Assembly: GCA_021432655.1 (NCBI GenBank)
Contig: MU271334.1
Span: 1-64,000, forward strand
Length of the DNA stretch: 64,000 bases
Direction of reading: 5' to 3'
Origin: Atractiella rhizophila
Lineage: Eukaryota
The position numbers were made by a program, and so were the translations under genes. Below, in pieces: positions 10,265-23,100 of the stretch. Under the pieces are notes generated by a model. It searched no databases, had not been told where the DNA came from, and saw only the letters and a program-made list of their open reading frames with translations. Each line of letters opens with the position of its first letter. Positions within the stretch are counted from its first letter, which is position 1.

Positions 10265-12972
10265 TCATACGATCGTCCAGTCCGACATCACCAAATCGAT
10301 TGTCAGTCCGCGTTTTCGTAGATCCATTTGAAGTTTCCGAGCTGTTGCTTGTTCCTGAGCTAAGGTTTCGTTAAGGTGAGTCAACCGTTGCCCCATGACT
10401 AGGCGGTTCTGGGATGGGGTAGCAAAGACATCGACTGGAAGATGACTACATCCATCTAGGACGTATTTGCTGCGATTCATTGATTTTCTGAGATCCTCCT
10501 TCTCTTGCACAAGCTTATCGCAGGCTGACACCTGGGCAAGCGTGAGAGGGATCTGGGGAGAGGCGATGACTGCGTCGTAGAGGTTACAAAGTAGGTAGGG
10601 TTCTGGGAATATTCACTCACTCCGCTTTTTTACCGGCTGGCGATTTTCCTGTTTTCCCAAATCCAAAATCGTCGTAGAGATCGACGTGTGCTTCCCAAAT
10701 GTTTCAACAGCTCCACCGCATGTCAGCGCTTTATTGTTGGGATATGACGGACAACTGACATTTAAACGCTTTCAGTAGTTGCCCTTCTTTTCTCTCCTTT
10801 CTATTTCTCTCTAGGCTTGGCAAGCTTGGCAAGCTCAACCCCCTCTCAAGAAGTGGTGCATCAACGATATCAGTTGACCAATCTTTGAGTTCATGCGATC
10901 TGTTCCCAGGTGCGTTCAGTAAAATGTCGCCCCAGTCCGCCCTAGTTTGGCACGACTCTGTATCAGTCTTCATTCATGAATGGAAAGAACGCAACGGACC
11001 ACGGGAGGGGTTCCTGTGCTTCCACATCCGTTTCTTCCTCGTACATATCTTCTTCGGAGTCATCTGATCTCCAATACCTCTGCTTATTCGTATCGAACAA
11101 GTAGGACTTCTTGTCGCGGCTTTCCTCAAAGGCGTCAATCGTTCTGTCTACAAGATCGACGCAGAAGATGGGACGCACTCTTGTAAGCCTTCTAAAACAG
11201 GACTAGGGGCTTCCACAAATACGTCAAAGAGCGCTGCGTGTCTTTTTTTGAAGTGCCGCCGAATGTCACTAAGAGCATCGAATCGATCATTATCAAGTTT
11301 CCCGCACTCGCCAGTTGGGCATACGAATCGCAATGGAAGATCGGTATTCCTATCGACGTATGTGCCGAAGTAAACTTGACGACGACGGGAAGTCTTGTGT
11401 CGGAGGAACTGACCGGTCTCGCTCGATGCATAGGCAAGGACGAAGATGAAAGGATGTGAAAATGGAGCCCTTTGTGTCACGACATGACCCGTGATGTCAG
11501 TACCTTGTTGCCCCGAGATTTCTGGTTTCAATGTGGCGTCACTCTGAGTATTCGTAGAAATGTCGACTGGTGCATCCACTAGACGAGAGAGGCATGACGA
11601 TCTTTCTCCGGTTTGAAATCTCCTGGCAGATAGAGTGTTGGCAGGAAGAAGACTTGCTTGCGCCGACAGCGGGTCGCGGTTAGATTCGACTATTGAGAGG
11701 TTGTATTGGAGGGAAGATTGACTCGCTCTCGGTGCTTTCCGTGAAATATAATTTGAGGGTGAGGGGTGTGAGAAGGTGGATCTGCGAATAGGACTGGGTG
11801 TAACGGATCCCCTTTCCCCGTTCGCAAGCTCCGCCGCTGTTGTCCCAAAGGCTAAGTTGGCATTCGCAGGAGTTGTGACCGCGGATCTTAATATCCCATT
11901 AGGAGCAGCGAGTGCGGTTCCCGACTTTGCTGCTTGAAGGGATGTGTCCGATGTCGATCGCCGCCTCGTTTTATCTCCTCTGGGTAGTGAGTTAGTTTCG
12001 ACAGTCGTGTGACGGGCAGGGGTTAGGCAGATATCCAGCAGCTGGAACCTGGCAAACTCGTTCAGGACGGTAGGCACAAAGGGGAAAGACATACCAGTCC
12101 GGCTGTACAAATTTGGCAGCATTTGGTTCCACAAATTTACGAGGATCGACCTTTCCGATGCCTCTCCAAAACGACGATTCATCGTGTTCGTATGTCTCAT
12201 GCACACTGTCCGTAACCCCGCCTATCACGTCAGTTCTCTAAATCCAAAGAAGGGGCAGCAAACAGAATTGTCTGCGTGTTGGAAAAGGAAGATTCCTCCC
12301 TGCTGCGAAAAACAAGAAAGGGGATAGGATTTGGAGGAAAACGACGTACTCGGTGATGCATCCATGTCCTCCGATATTTCGCATTACATTCAACTCCTGC
12401 GAGTGCCGCGATTGGAAATGCAACTCTACAGCTGCGATCCTCAGGATCGGTGACACATTTTCGCACTGGACGAATGGACATATGAACGGATACTCTAGGT
12501 GTTCACTCCAGTCGGAAGAATGAATTGCGATAAGTGGTCGGAGAAGATTCCTCGAAAGAAGCGGCACCCTCGCATTCGCGTTCTTCTTGAAGATTAGAAA
12601 GCGAAGCTTTGGGGCGACCGGCGTGGAGACGGGGAACACTGGTTCGCTTCGACTGGCAGGGAGGGAATTGCCTATGTTGTCTTCTCCTTGATTCTTTTGG
12701 CATACAGAAAGACGGCGAGAGTAGAGATGTTTGTTCCCTAATAGTAGCTCTCTTGATTGGGACGAGATCGATGGGTCTCGGGTGGACGATCGGGATGCAT
12801 CCTTGTCATCAACACTCGCTGTTGGCAAGGAGCTGCCCACGCGGAGAGATCAACATTGGCATTACAAAGCACAAAGCACGAGGGAAAGAAGGACCAACTT
12901 TCGCGTTTCGCAGTTAGTCCGCGTCCCATTCTGGTTAGCGTTACTGAAGGAATCCTCGTCCTGACTGCCCAT
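10265..12972 (-). CDS. Zn-finger module family gene B: two modules plus C-terminal coiled coil
   Basis: FICPFVQC...ELHFQSRH with tail ...FVQPDW; AYASSETGQFLRHKTSRRRQVY...FVCPTGEC...IRRHFKKRH with tail ...YEEETDVEAQEPLPW; coiled-coil exons 10265-10531; start inferred at ATG 12972. Confidence 0.7.
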
Positions 12973-13425
12973 ATCGGTTACAAAGAAGGCTAGATGGTTA
13001 TACCAATGATACGTCTACTAGGAGGAAGTAACAAGAAAGGCCGATAGATCAAACCACGAAAAGACTGAAAAAACGACTGAACGTTGACTGGGAACTGTTT
13101 GAAACGGCTGTTTGGGGGGAGAAAATGGAGAAGAGGGTCTTTTTATACGCGCCATGTTGTCTGCGTTGTGGCGTGGGAAAGTGACGTGACTCTATACAAT
13201 TGATACTCTGCAACGTAATTGCTAGATAACTCCAAGCATAGCTTCATTATTATCCAATGTCAGACTATATGGCACCCAGTGAGCGAAATGAGGGTTTTTG
13301 AACTGAACATTGATAAAAAGAGATCCCACAGTGGTTTATACAGAAAACAGATACAAACATGTAAATAGGTATAAACAAACCAATTTTGTGGTATATATAG
13401 ATGGTTCTGCAGTATATTTTACACG

Positions 13426-13535
13426 ATGCACCATTCTGCGTTCTTGGCTCAGTGGTAGACGACTCGGAAGCCGTTCGCCAGTCCTCGGGGGCCCCAACGA
13501 GTCCTGGGTTCGGAGCACCGTCTCGTCTCTTTTTT
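13426..13535 (+). ncRNA. Putative Pol III structured ncRNA, copy 3
   Basis: TATA 13392-13399; A box TGGCTCAGTGG 13445-13455; GGTTCGGAGC 13507-13516; T6 13530-13535; hairpin 13457-13528. Confidence 0.65.
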
Positions 13536-14329
13536 CACCCATGACAACTACAACCAAACAAATTGGCAGTCCTTTTATTTTCTGTCTTTCCTTTCAAAGT
13601 TACATGCTATACGGCTGTAAAATGACTTCAATCAATACAAGCGCCTTAGGTTTTATGTGGGACGATACACAAGTTGCTTGGTGATTGATATCAAGTGGAG
13701 AATAGCTGCAAACGATGCCTTTTTCAACACCCGTCAATACCACTATTATTATGGAAGATATAATGTATTTATCACAGTAAGCGGTACAGAAAACAATACA
13801 GGAGAGGAAGAGAATGAACTTAGAGAAGAAACGCAGAGGCTTCAGAAGTCTATACAACATCTGATATGTGCTGCTGCTTTGATCAGACATACAATACTCA
13901 AATCGTCTGGACACCAATCTTTCTCATCTTAATATAGGCTGGAAGGGAAGCGCGAGCGAAATTGCATCTCTGTCCTCTACTCTTCCAGCGAGCGCTGAGG
14001 AGTAACAAACCAGACGCTCAAACACCGTGATGGTCTACAGAAGCAGAGCAAAATCTCGGCCTTCACGTAACGTTTCATCGTCGACTTCACCTAATACCTA
14101 TGCTTTGCCCCTCATATCTACTGTCCATTTCATCTGTCCTTAAGAAACAATGGATGAAGTTCGATGAAATCGCATTTCTAATCTTTGCTGTTGCAGGGTT
14201 GTTGCTCCCGATCTCCCGATCACTTGGCAATTGGCTCAATCGATCTGCTTGCATATCGACACGTTCATCTCCCTCTCCTGAGCTATCTCTTCGCTGAGCA
14301 GGTAACATACTCTTCCTAACACGCACACC

Positions 14330-15690
14330 ATGTCCTTCGTCCCTCTCCACTGTGGCGCTCAACAGTACGACTGGGGGAAGCTAGGTCCCTCTTCCAAGGT
14401 CGCACAATACGCTTCAGCATCCACTGGGCTCACCATCTCTTCATCTACGCCTTATGCTGAGCTGTGGATGGGCACCCACCCATCTCTCCCTTCGAAAGTG
14501 GCTACGACTGGTGAGAGCTTGAAGGAATATCTGGGCAAGAATCCGAAGTACCTGGGAGGCGGATTGAAGGATTTACCGTTCTTGTTCAAGGTGTTGAGCA
14601 TCGGCAAAGCTCTCAGTATTCAGGCTCATCCGGATAAGACGTTGGGAAAGAAGTTGCATGCTGAGCAGCCGAATATCTACAAAGATCCAAACCACAAGGT
14701 ATGCGTTTCTCCTCTCTACTTGGTCTTTGTACTGATGCTGACGATGGAACAGCCAGAAATGGCCATTGCCCTCACCCCTTTCTCCGCCTTCTGCGGCTTC
14801 CGACCACTCTCCCAAATCTCCTCCTTCCTCCAGACCGTTCGCGAGTTCTCCTCTCTCGCCAAACACTCCAAAGACAACTTCATCTCCGTTGCCTCCAACA
14901 CCTCATCCAGCGCCGCCGAACAGAAAGCGGCGTTGAAGGAGCTTTTTGGGGAGATCATGTCCGCTCCCGCTCAACAATTCATGCCAGCCATCAGGTGGTT
15001 GGTCGAGAGGTTGGAGAGCGAAGGAGTGCGGGTGAAGGAGGGAGAAGAGCCGAAGACGGAAGAAGAATTGGTACTCAGGTTAAATGAACAGTTTCCGGAT
15101 GACATTGGAATCCTTTGCACTTTCTTGCTCAATTGGGTGCATCTGAAACCTGGAGAAGCAATCTTCCTCAAAGCTAATGAGCCTCATGCTTATTTATCTG
15201 GAGGTGCGTTTTCCTTTCTCACCCTCAGAGCTCACGGACTCTAGCTAAGTGATGGATGTATAATATAGATATCATCGAATGCATGGCCACCTCCGACTCC
15301 GTCATCCGCGCTGGGCTGACTCCGAAACTACGAGACGTCCCCGTCCTCCTCTCCATGTTGACCTATACCACCCTTCCACCAGCCAGCCAACTCCTCTCTC
15401 CTACCTCTCCCTCCTTCGCAAAGAACGGTCACTCCAAGCTCTACGATCCTCCGATCGACGAGTTCAGCGTTGTAGCGGTTACATTGAGGAAGGGAGAAGA
15501 GGAGAAACATGATGGAGTGGAGGGACCAAGTGTGATTATTGTTACCGCGGGTGGAGGGGAGATCAAAGGGCAGAAGACGAAAGAGGGAGATGTATGGTTC
15601 GTAGCTGCAGGGGAAGAAGTGCATTTCAAAGCTGGAGAGAAGCTGGAGCTCTATAGAGCTTTCGTTGTCGGCTTCAAAGAGGACGAGTAG
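14330..15690 (+). CDS. PMI40: Mannose-6-phosphate isomerase (class I)
   Basis: QYDWGK, PYAELWMGTHPS, LPFLFKVLSIGKALSIQAHPDK, YKDPNHK|PEMAIAL, ANEPHAYLSG, ECMATSD; two introns. Confidence 0.96.
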
Positions 15691-15975
15691 ATTGACGGTC
15701 AAATATCGTGGTTCAAAACACAGGAGGATGCAATAAAAGGAAAATGATTGAATGCTTACATTGTTCTCAATTCGTGCAAATGCTCAATGGCTCAATGCTG
15801 TCAGTACTTTCAGGATGTGGATACAGTAAAAGACAATAGATCATTCTTCAAATTATCGCCGTATCAGTTTAAAGCAGAATACTGCAGAACGCATCACTTT
15901 TAATCTCCATCTTCCTAATTCCTGAATTGATAAATGTCTCAGTAGCTCAGCAAGCGAAACTCAAACTCTCAGATC

Positions 15976-18975
15976 TCACAAAGGATTTGGAGCCGGTGAG
16001 ACAGCATCTTCCCTCCCTGCCAACCTCCTGTGCAAATCCCTAATAGTTCCATCTCTGACCCTAACCTCATCCTCCAACCTCGTCCTCTCCCTCTCCCACC
16101 CGTCCCTCTCGCCTTCCAAAGCCTTCAACTGCTCAGCCAGTTCCTCATTTCTCTGCCTCAGTTCTGCCAGCTCTGACTCTTGCGCGGCAGTCGAAACTGT
16201 AACCCGCCCATTAACAACTCTTTGGGGGATAGAGGAAAGGGACGTACATCGTTTCCTTTTCAGTGGTGGCAGACTCGATGTTCCCTCCCCTTGATCATAC
16301 ATTATTGGGCTCCCGTTCGCATCCACCATTTGCGGAACCTGTCCGGGAATGAGAGAAGGCGGCCTCTTCCTCTTTGGCATCATATCGGCGGGAAGGCGGT
16401 CGCGACCTTTCATGTCTTCGTTGGTCCAGTTTTGCCTACCCGCGTCATTCCACGCCTTAGCTGGCGAAGCATAGAAGTGTGCTAAACCTCACCATACCAA
16501 CGGTTCACGCGCTTCTTCTTCATTCTCGATCTCGTACATGTCTTCCTTTCCCCCACTTTTGACCTGCCAAAATACCTCTCCAGCACGGAAATCAAACACA
16601 TTGTTATCGCGACTGCCGCGGGCAGCAACACATCAGACTTTTTCTGGTCAAAGAGTCGAGAAGGCCACGCACTCCTTCAATCCAAGTTGTGGCGGATGCC
16701 TTGTCTCCTGCAACACGTCAAACAAATCGTGATGCTTGCCCCTAAAGTGGTGTCGAAGGAGCGGTATCCTCTCCCACGTCGCCTTGCTACACCTATGAAT
16801 GGGGCAGGTCAACCTCAGCACCTGGTTCTCAGGAACCGTTCCTCCAATGTAGACCAGACGTTTGCGAGTCGTTCGGTGTCGAAGGAGGTGTTGGCCAGTG
16901 TTGTCGGATGCGTAAGCACAGAAAAATATTTCCGGCGTCGCAGTCGGAAGCATTGGTTGGGAAGACGCGGAGAGTTGGGCTTGTGATGGGGTGTGAGGGG
17001 TGTGTGGATGGTTGGGATGGGTATGAGGTGCGGTAGAAGCAGAGGGGTAGGCGTCGGAAAGATTCATGGACATCGAGGGGTCGATGTGAGACTCATCATA
17101 AGGGTAGGTTTCTGTACCTGATATCAGCGACTTGGGCGACCAATGGAGAGAAAGAGGACGGCGGAACAGAGAGACGTACCAATCTGACCCAAAGCCATCT
17201 GTACCGTTCCATCTGACAAGCCTTTCTGTGCTGCCCCTCCACCCACATCCACCTTCTGTTCCCTCCCCTCATTGACACCGAGCTCCATGCGCACGTCGCT
17301 TTCTCCCTCTTCCCCTTCATCCTGCACCACCAAAATATCCTCTCCTTCTCTCATCACCACATCCCCGTCTCCATTCCTGTTCCGATCCCCGCTGCCACTC
17401 TGCTGCAGCCTCATTTGTCCGCGAGACGGCTGAGAGAATTCGGGATCAATGACGGAGTCTTCCATAGGCATGGACACATCCATCGATGTGTTTCCCAACA
17501 CTTCATCTTCGTACGCCTTGATCGCTGCAGGATTGATGGCTGTTGGTGCATCCCTGGAGATTTTGGGGCGATCGATGCGTTCGTTCGTTGTATGCCAGTT
17601 GAGCCTTTATCCCACCGAACAGAGCTGTGGTTAGTCGACGGATCACTCGGCAGATAAATGGGCTGAAAGCGACGGCGAAGCGGTACGTACCACGGTAGCG
17701 GGATCTCTGCCTCCTCGTCCGTCTCCTCCCTGTATATCTCCTCATCAAAACTCCCATCCCTCCTCCAAAACCCATCAAGAGCTGTATAAGTCTTTCCATC
17801 CACGCCAGTGACTGCGCTGTTGGCTCCACGTCCTCTCTTGAAGATTTCGAAAATGTCCCTATGCTCCGCCTCAAAGTGATCGACGGCTGTATGTCGATAA
17901 CTCAACAGCTTTGGTGGCTTTCCTTGCTCCTTACAAGCCGGACAGAAACGTTGATCCTTTCCAGCGCTTTTGAATTCGAAGAGATGAGGACGATGAGGCG
18001 ATTGGTGAATATGGAACGCAGACGACGAGACGGAGGAGTGCGAGCGAGCATGGCGCGGAAGAGGAGCATCTCGGTCTGGCTGACGTTCGAATGAACATTC
18101 GTCTGCGGTTGGTGCGCGCCAGTCATCACCACTTGTCCTCCATGGGCAGGTGCTGCTCCTTGACTTTGTCGCGGCGTCCCAACGACTCCAGACACAGAAA
18201 CAGGGACGTCGACTCCTCCGCCTCCACCTTCAATCCCAATATAGATCGCTTCCTCCGCATCCAGTCCTACTGTGGCGTACCCCGTCGAGTCTGAGGGTCC
18301 AATAACGAGGCTGTCATCCATTTGACCCTGTATCGGCTGAGACGGTCCAGAGTCGTCTGGCTGGAACTCGAACACTGTGTTTTCCCTGGTCCAACCTTCC
18401 TCAGCTCGAAGCGTTGGAACGAAATGAAGAACGCACCATGGAAGTGGCTCAGCTGCTTGTTCTTCTGTTTCTGGCACATAAAGCTCGGTGTCATAGGTAC
18501 CATCGACTCGTGCAAAGCATTCTCGCTCCTTGCCAAAGACGTAGGAGTGCTTGTCGGTCCTTTCCACCCAAAGAACAAAACTCAGCATCGTCTTTAACGC
18601 CACCACCTCCTAAGACCTCAGGGGAAAAATCACATACCCCGTCATAAGCTCTGCCCTGCCATTTGCCCTACTCCTACTGAAGAACTCCCAAGGTCCATCG
18701 GCATGTCTTTTCAAAAAGTGACTTTTGATATTCCCGTTGGTCCTGAACGTAAGATGGGTTCCACAACCGAAGGGACAGTTGAACGATATGGAACCAGAGA
18801 GATGTTTAGCCTTGAGAGGGACGTAGACTACGAGTTTGCCTTCTTTGGTTCTCAGTCTGGTCTCGCCCTGTTTGACATCGTGAGTAAATAATACGGGATC
18901 AGGAGGTTAGTGTGAGGTGCTGCTTACGGAAACGTCGGCGGACATGTACCAGAAGACTACCTGATTGCGTAGCAT
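15976..18975 (-). CDS. Zn-finger module family gene C: three modules plus C-terminal coiled coil; apparent frameshift in module 2; start uncertain
   Basis: NCPFGC...KSHFLKRH / ...EEQAAEPLPW; FCPAC...VDHFEAEH / ...EEAEIPLPW; AYASDNTGQHLLRHRTTRKRLVY...TCPIHRC...RHHFRGKH / ...EEEAREPLVW; coiled coil ELAELRQRNEELAEQLKALE... Confidence 0.7.
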
Positions 18976-20125
18976 CCTGATACTCCTGGCAGAAGATTCT
19001 CCTGCCGAGTTCTAAGGAATATTTTGAGAGAAGAAGCAGCAATAGACACAGAAGGGAAGCAAGAGGGCCGGCTAGAAGTATCACTAACCGTCTGTAGGGT
19101 TAGGGTCGATCAATATTCTTTCGCTGATCTCCACAGTGAGGAAGGGGGCGGAGATATTCTAGACACCATTGAAGAACTGTTCCATCCTAGCTTGTGAAAT
19201 CCTTCAAGATATCATATTTACACTTGGCGAATTCGCGAAGATTTGGGAGAGATGATTTGATGTTCGGTCCACTTACTTCACTCCTTCTGTCTATGCTCTG
19301 TAGATGAAGGCACTTTCTTACCTCAGCGTTGTGATATTTGAAGACAACCTTGTCCCGGCTGTGGGGAGCGTCAGGAGTTGTGTGTGCACTACGTTCACGA
19401 GTGGCATCCCGTCCAAGATGAAACAAGAGGAAGACGCGTTCCACTCCTGTCCATAATTGATCGAAAGGAAAGCGTTTTATTTTTCGAAAATGAATGGAAG
19501 TTGACGGAAGGAAATGAAAGTGCGGCATCTTTCCTTTCTACTCCGAAGCTTTTATTCTCTCCCCTTGTGACACTAGGCTGACCTACATTGCTTCCAATTT
19601 CTGCGCTCCTAACAATACTTCAGTCAGGGTATCCTGCCTATTCTCAGTCCACACACAATCGTGGTACGTGAACACGCAACATCCGCTTCCCGCTCGGCGG
19701 ACTCGGGCTCGGATGTTTGCAGGATTTCTTTGGGTGATCCAAATACCACTGAGTCTGCCAGCGAGTGTGCGAGTGTGCTTTGAGACGTTACGACATCACA
19801 AAATGATCATCCTCATCCCATCGCTGTGTGGCATCAGAGGCGCGGGTACTTCCACGCGTCTTGACGATATCCGAAATGCGCCAAGAACCCGGTTGATAAT
19901 TAGGCTGCGTCGACCATGCGGTTGCTGGGGTATTTCAATCCTCCAGCAACTGATCAATTTGATAAGAGGGATTACAATTCTATCCACAGCATGAAGCTTC
20001 TGAAGCTACGCTAGCCGCGTCGCGTGATAAATAAAGCAAGCAACCGTTCCTTTCCACCCCAAGTTCCACCTTTCGCGAACGGCCCCCCTCATTCTTTTTG
20101 GTGTTGGGTATACTCTCCTTACAAA

Positions 20126-23100
20126 ATGTTGGTCCAAACGACGACCATACTCTCTTTAGTAGCCACTCTCATTTCAACCTCCCAAGCCATCTCAACCGGA
20201 AAGCCCAACTGGGCCAGAAACACCTACATCGTCGAACTCGCTAAGGACACGAGCGCAGATCAAGCCGTTCAGGTCGCTAGCGCTGCCCGAAAGGCCAACC
20301 ACAAGAGGTTTTACGACCATCTCTCCAAGAGGGGAACCGAGTTTCAGGTCGAGCAGGAGTATGACAACGACAAACTCTTCCACGGAGCTTCCATCACCTT
20401 CGGGGATGGCATGACCCTTTCCGAGATCGCTTCGCTCGAAGGCGGTAAGTGTCTATCACTCTTCGCTTCCAATGTCGAGTTCTGAAACCATGTTTGGATT
20501 ACAGTCCAGAAGGTCTGGCCCGTCCGCTACTACACTCCTCACGACTATGAGTCGCGAAAGCATCACTACGATAACGTGAACAAGAAGCGTCATCACAGGC
20601 TGGCGGAGGAAGCGATGTTGAAGAAGAGAGCTTACAAACCCCTTCCTGCTTCCGTCTACAAGAACGACAAGTTCGCGCCTCATGTTCAGGTCGGTGCCGA
20701 CAAGCTCCATGAGCAAGGTGTCCTCGGAAAAGGCGTGAAGGTAGCCATCGTTGACACCGGTTTGTCCTTTCTTTCTGAGCACGAAGTAGATGTTCATTTT
20801 GCAACAGGTGTTGATTACACTCACCCTGCTGTATGTTCTTCTGGAGGGAGAACAAACTGAACATTGGACTGACAAAGAATATAGCTCGGAGGCTGCTTTG
20901 GACCCGGCTGCAAGGTCACCTTTGGTCTTGACTTGGTAAACTTTCCGAAACGCATTCATTTTAGCAAGGCTGACGGTCATTCAGGTGGGTGACAACTACG
21001 GTGCTGGTGCTGCTCCTGTTGTCGACAAGGATCCCTACGACTCTTGCAACATTCACGGTATGGCCTTTACCCACATTGCGAGACACTCCGTTGATGCCCT
21101 TCTCAGGAACCCACGTCACTGGTATTGTTGGTGCTGACTGGAATGCTGCCAACCCCCTCAACTTCACTGGTATCGCTCCCTACGCTGAACTCGGAATGTA
21201 CGCTAGACATGCTTTGTGATATGAAGTACCCACTCACTTTTAATCTTAGGTACCGTATCTTCGGCTGCAAAGGTGGATTCACGAGCACGGATTTGATCAT
21301 TAAGGCTTTTGTCCGTCTTACATCTCTTGGACTTTCTGCTCTCCTAACAGTGCAGACAGCTCCAAGCGTTCGAAGATGGTGCCAACGTTATTACCATGTC
21401 AGTCGGAGGTGTTTCCGGATGGGTAAGAGCTTGCTGGGCTTTGAGCCGTTAGCTCAAATGTGATGTCTCTAGACTGAGGACGCCGGATCGGTTGTTGCTG
21501 ACAGGATTAACGCTCTTGGACGTATCACCACCATTTCTGCCGGTAAGTAAAACTGTTGGCTCTCGTGTTCGTGGACAATTCAGCTTACGATTTGGTCAGG
21601 AAATGACGGTGTTGAGGGTCTCTTCTACTCCAGCGGTGCTGCCAACGGTATCAATGTCTGGAGCATTGCGTCCATCAACTCCCTCCAGATCTACACCAGG
21701 AAATTCTCTATAAACACTGGCAAAACTGGTATGAGTCCTCGTCACCTGCGCTACACACGTGAACAGTATCGCAGGCACTTATATCAGCGTTGCTGCTTGG
21801 GGTGTATCCGGCCTCGGTATCTACGCCACGAGCACTGAAGAGGCCCCAACCGATGATGGCTGCTCTGCCTTCAGCCTTCCGACCGGCTTCAACGCTAACA
21901 AGACTGTCGTTATCATCCGCAGGGGTACATGCCCTTTCCTCACCAAAATCGGAAACGCTGTGACTGCTGGTTAGTTTCTTTCCTCTGCATTGATGTTTAG
22001 TAGTAACTTGGGTTCGCACAGGTGCCAAATATGTATGTTGTGCCTATCAAATGCGTGATCATGGTTTAACATTTTTATAGGTTCTCATTGCTGACACCAA
22101 TGGAATCCCCTACTTCCTGGGTGAGGACTACGGAACACCAACCTCTGCCCTCGTCGACACTGTTAGTACCATCATTTCTTTCGGTACCATCTCATTGAAG
22201 TTTAGGATACCGGAGACTACCTCAGGAGAAGGTTTAGGGAGAACAAGAAGACTGTCCTTGACTTCACAGATGAAACGACTATTCCCATCGCAAACTATGA
22301 CGGAGGATACAACAGCGACTTCACCACCTACGGACCCACCAATGACATGTATCAGCAACCCAGCTTCGCAGGTGTTGGCGGTGTATGTGTCACCTCCAGT
22401 AATGCGTGCCTTATACTCACTCAGTTGACAGAACTACCTCTCTACCTACCCTGTCTGGGCTGGATCTTACAACGTAAGATTTCCTTTTAAGCAATCACAA
22501 CGCGTGCTGATTACGGCGAGTTAATAGGTCATCTCTGGAACAAGGCTAGTCTCCTTGCCAATTCTTACTGGACTACCCTAATGTGCATTGCAGTATGGCT
22601 TGCCCTCAAGTCGGAGGATCCGCTGCTCTCTGGCTCTCGGTTAGGAAGAACGAGAATCTGTCGCCTCTTCAGATCAAGGCTCTGTTCTCAGCTTCCGCCA
22701 GCTTCCAATACCTGAGTTCCGATGCTCCCGATGTTCTCAGCCCTGTTGTCAGGACCGGTTCAGGTTCGTCTCATTGCTTCCTTGGTCGACTTAAACTAAA
22801 TAATCAAACAGGTATTATCAACGTTGCCAATGCTGTTAACACCAAGACTCTTGTCCAGCCTTACGCCCTCTACTTGAACGACTCTCAGTTCTTCGAAGGC
22901 TCTCAGACTATCAAACTGACCAATCTCGCAAACTCTCAGAAGACGTATACCATTACGCACGAGGCTGCTGCTTCCGCCTACCTCTATGACGAAGGAGAGA
23001 CCATCTACCCCTCCGTCACCCCTGAGCACACTACCGATGTTGCCGCATCTGTCACCCTGTCCCATAACAGGATCACTGTTGCTGGTGTCAACGAAGCTTC

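Noticed and set aside
13438..13535. Calling the repeated element a tRNA
   Set aside because: The start GCGTTCT-TGGCTCAGTGGTAGA is tRNA-like, but the D, anticodon, T and acceptor stems do not close, and covariation supports a different fold.
9076..13562. DNA transposon with 190-bp terminal inverted repeats
   Set aside because: No target-site duplication and no transposase motif inside; loose homology continues beyond the identical core.
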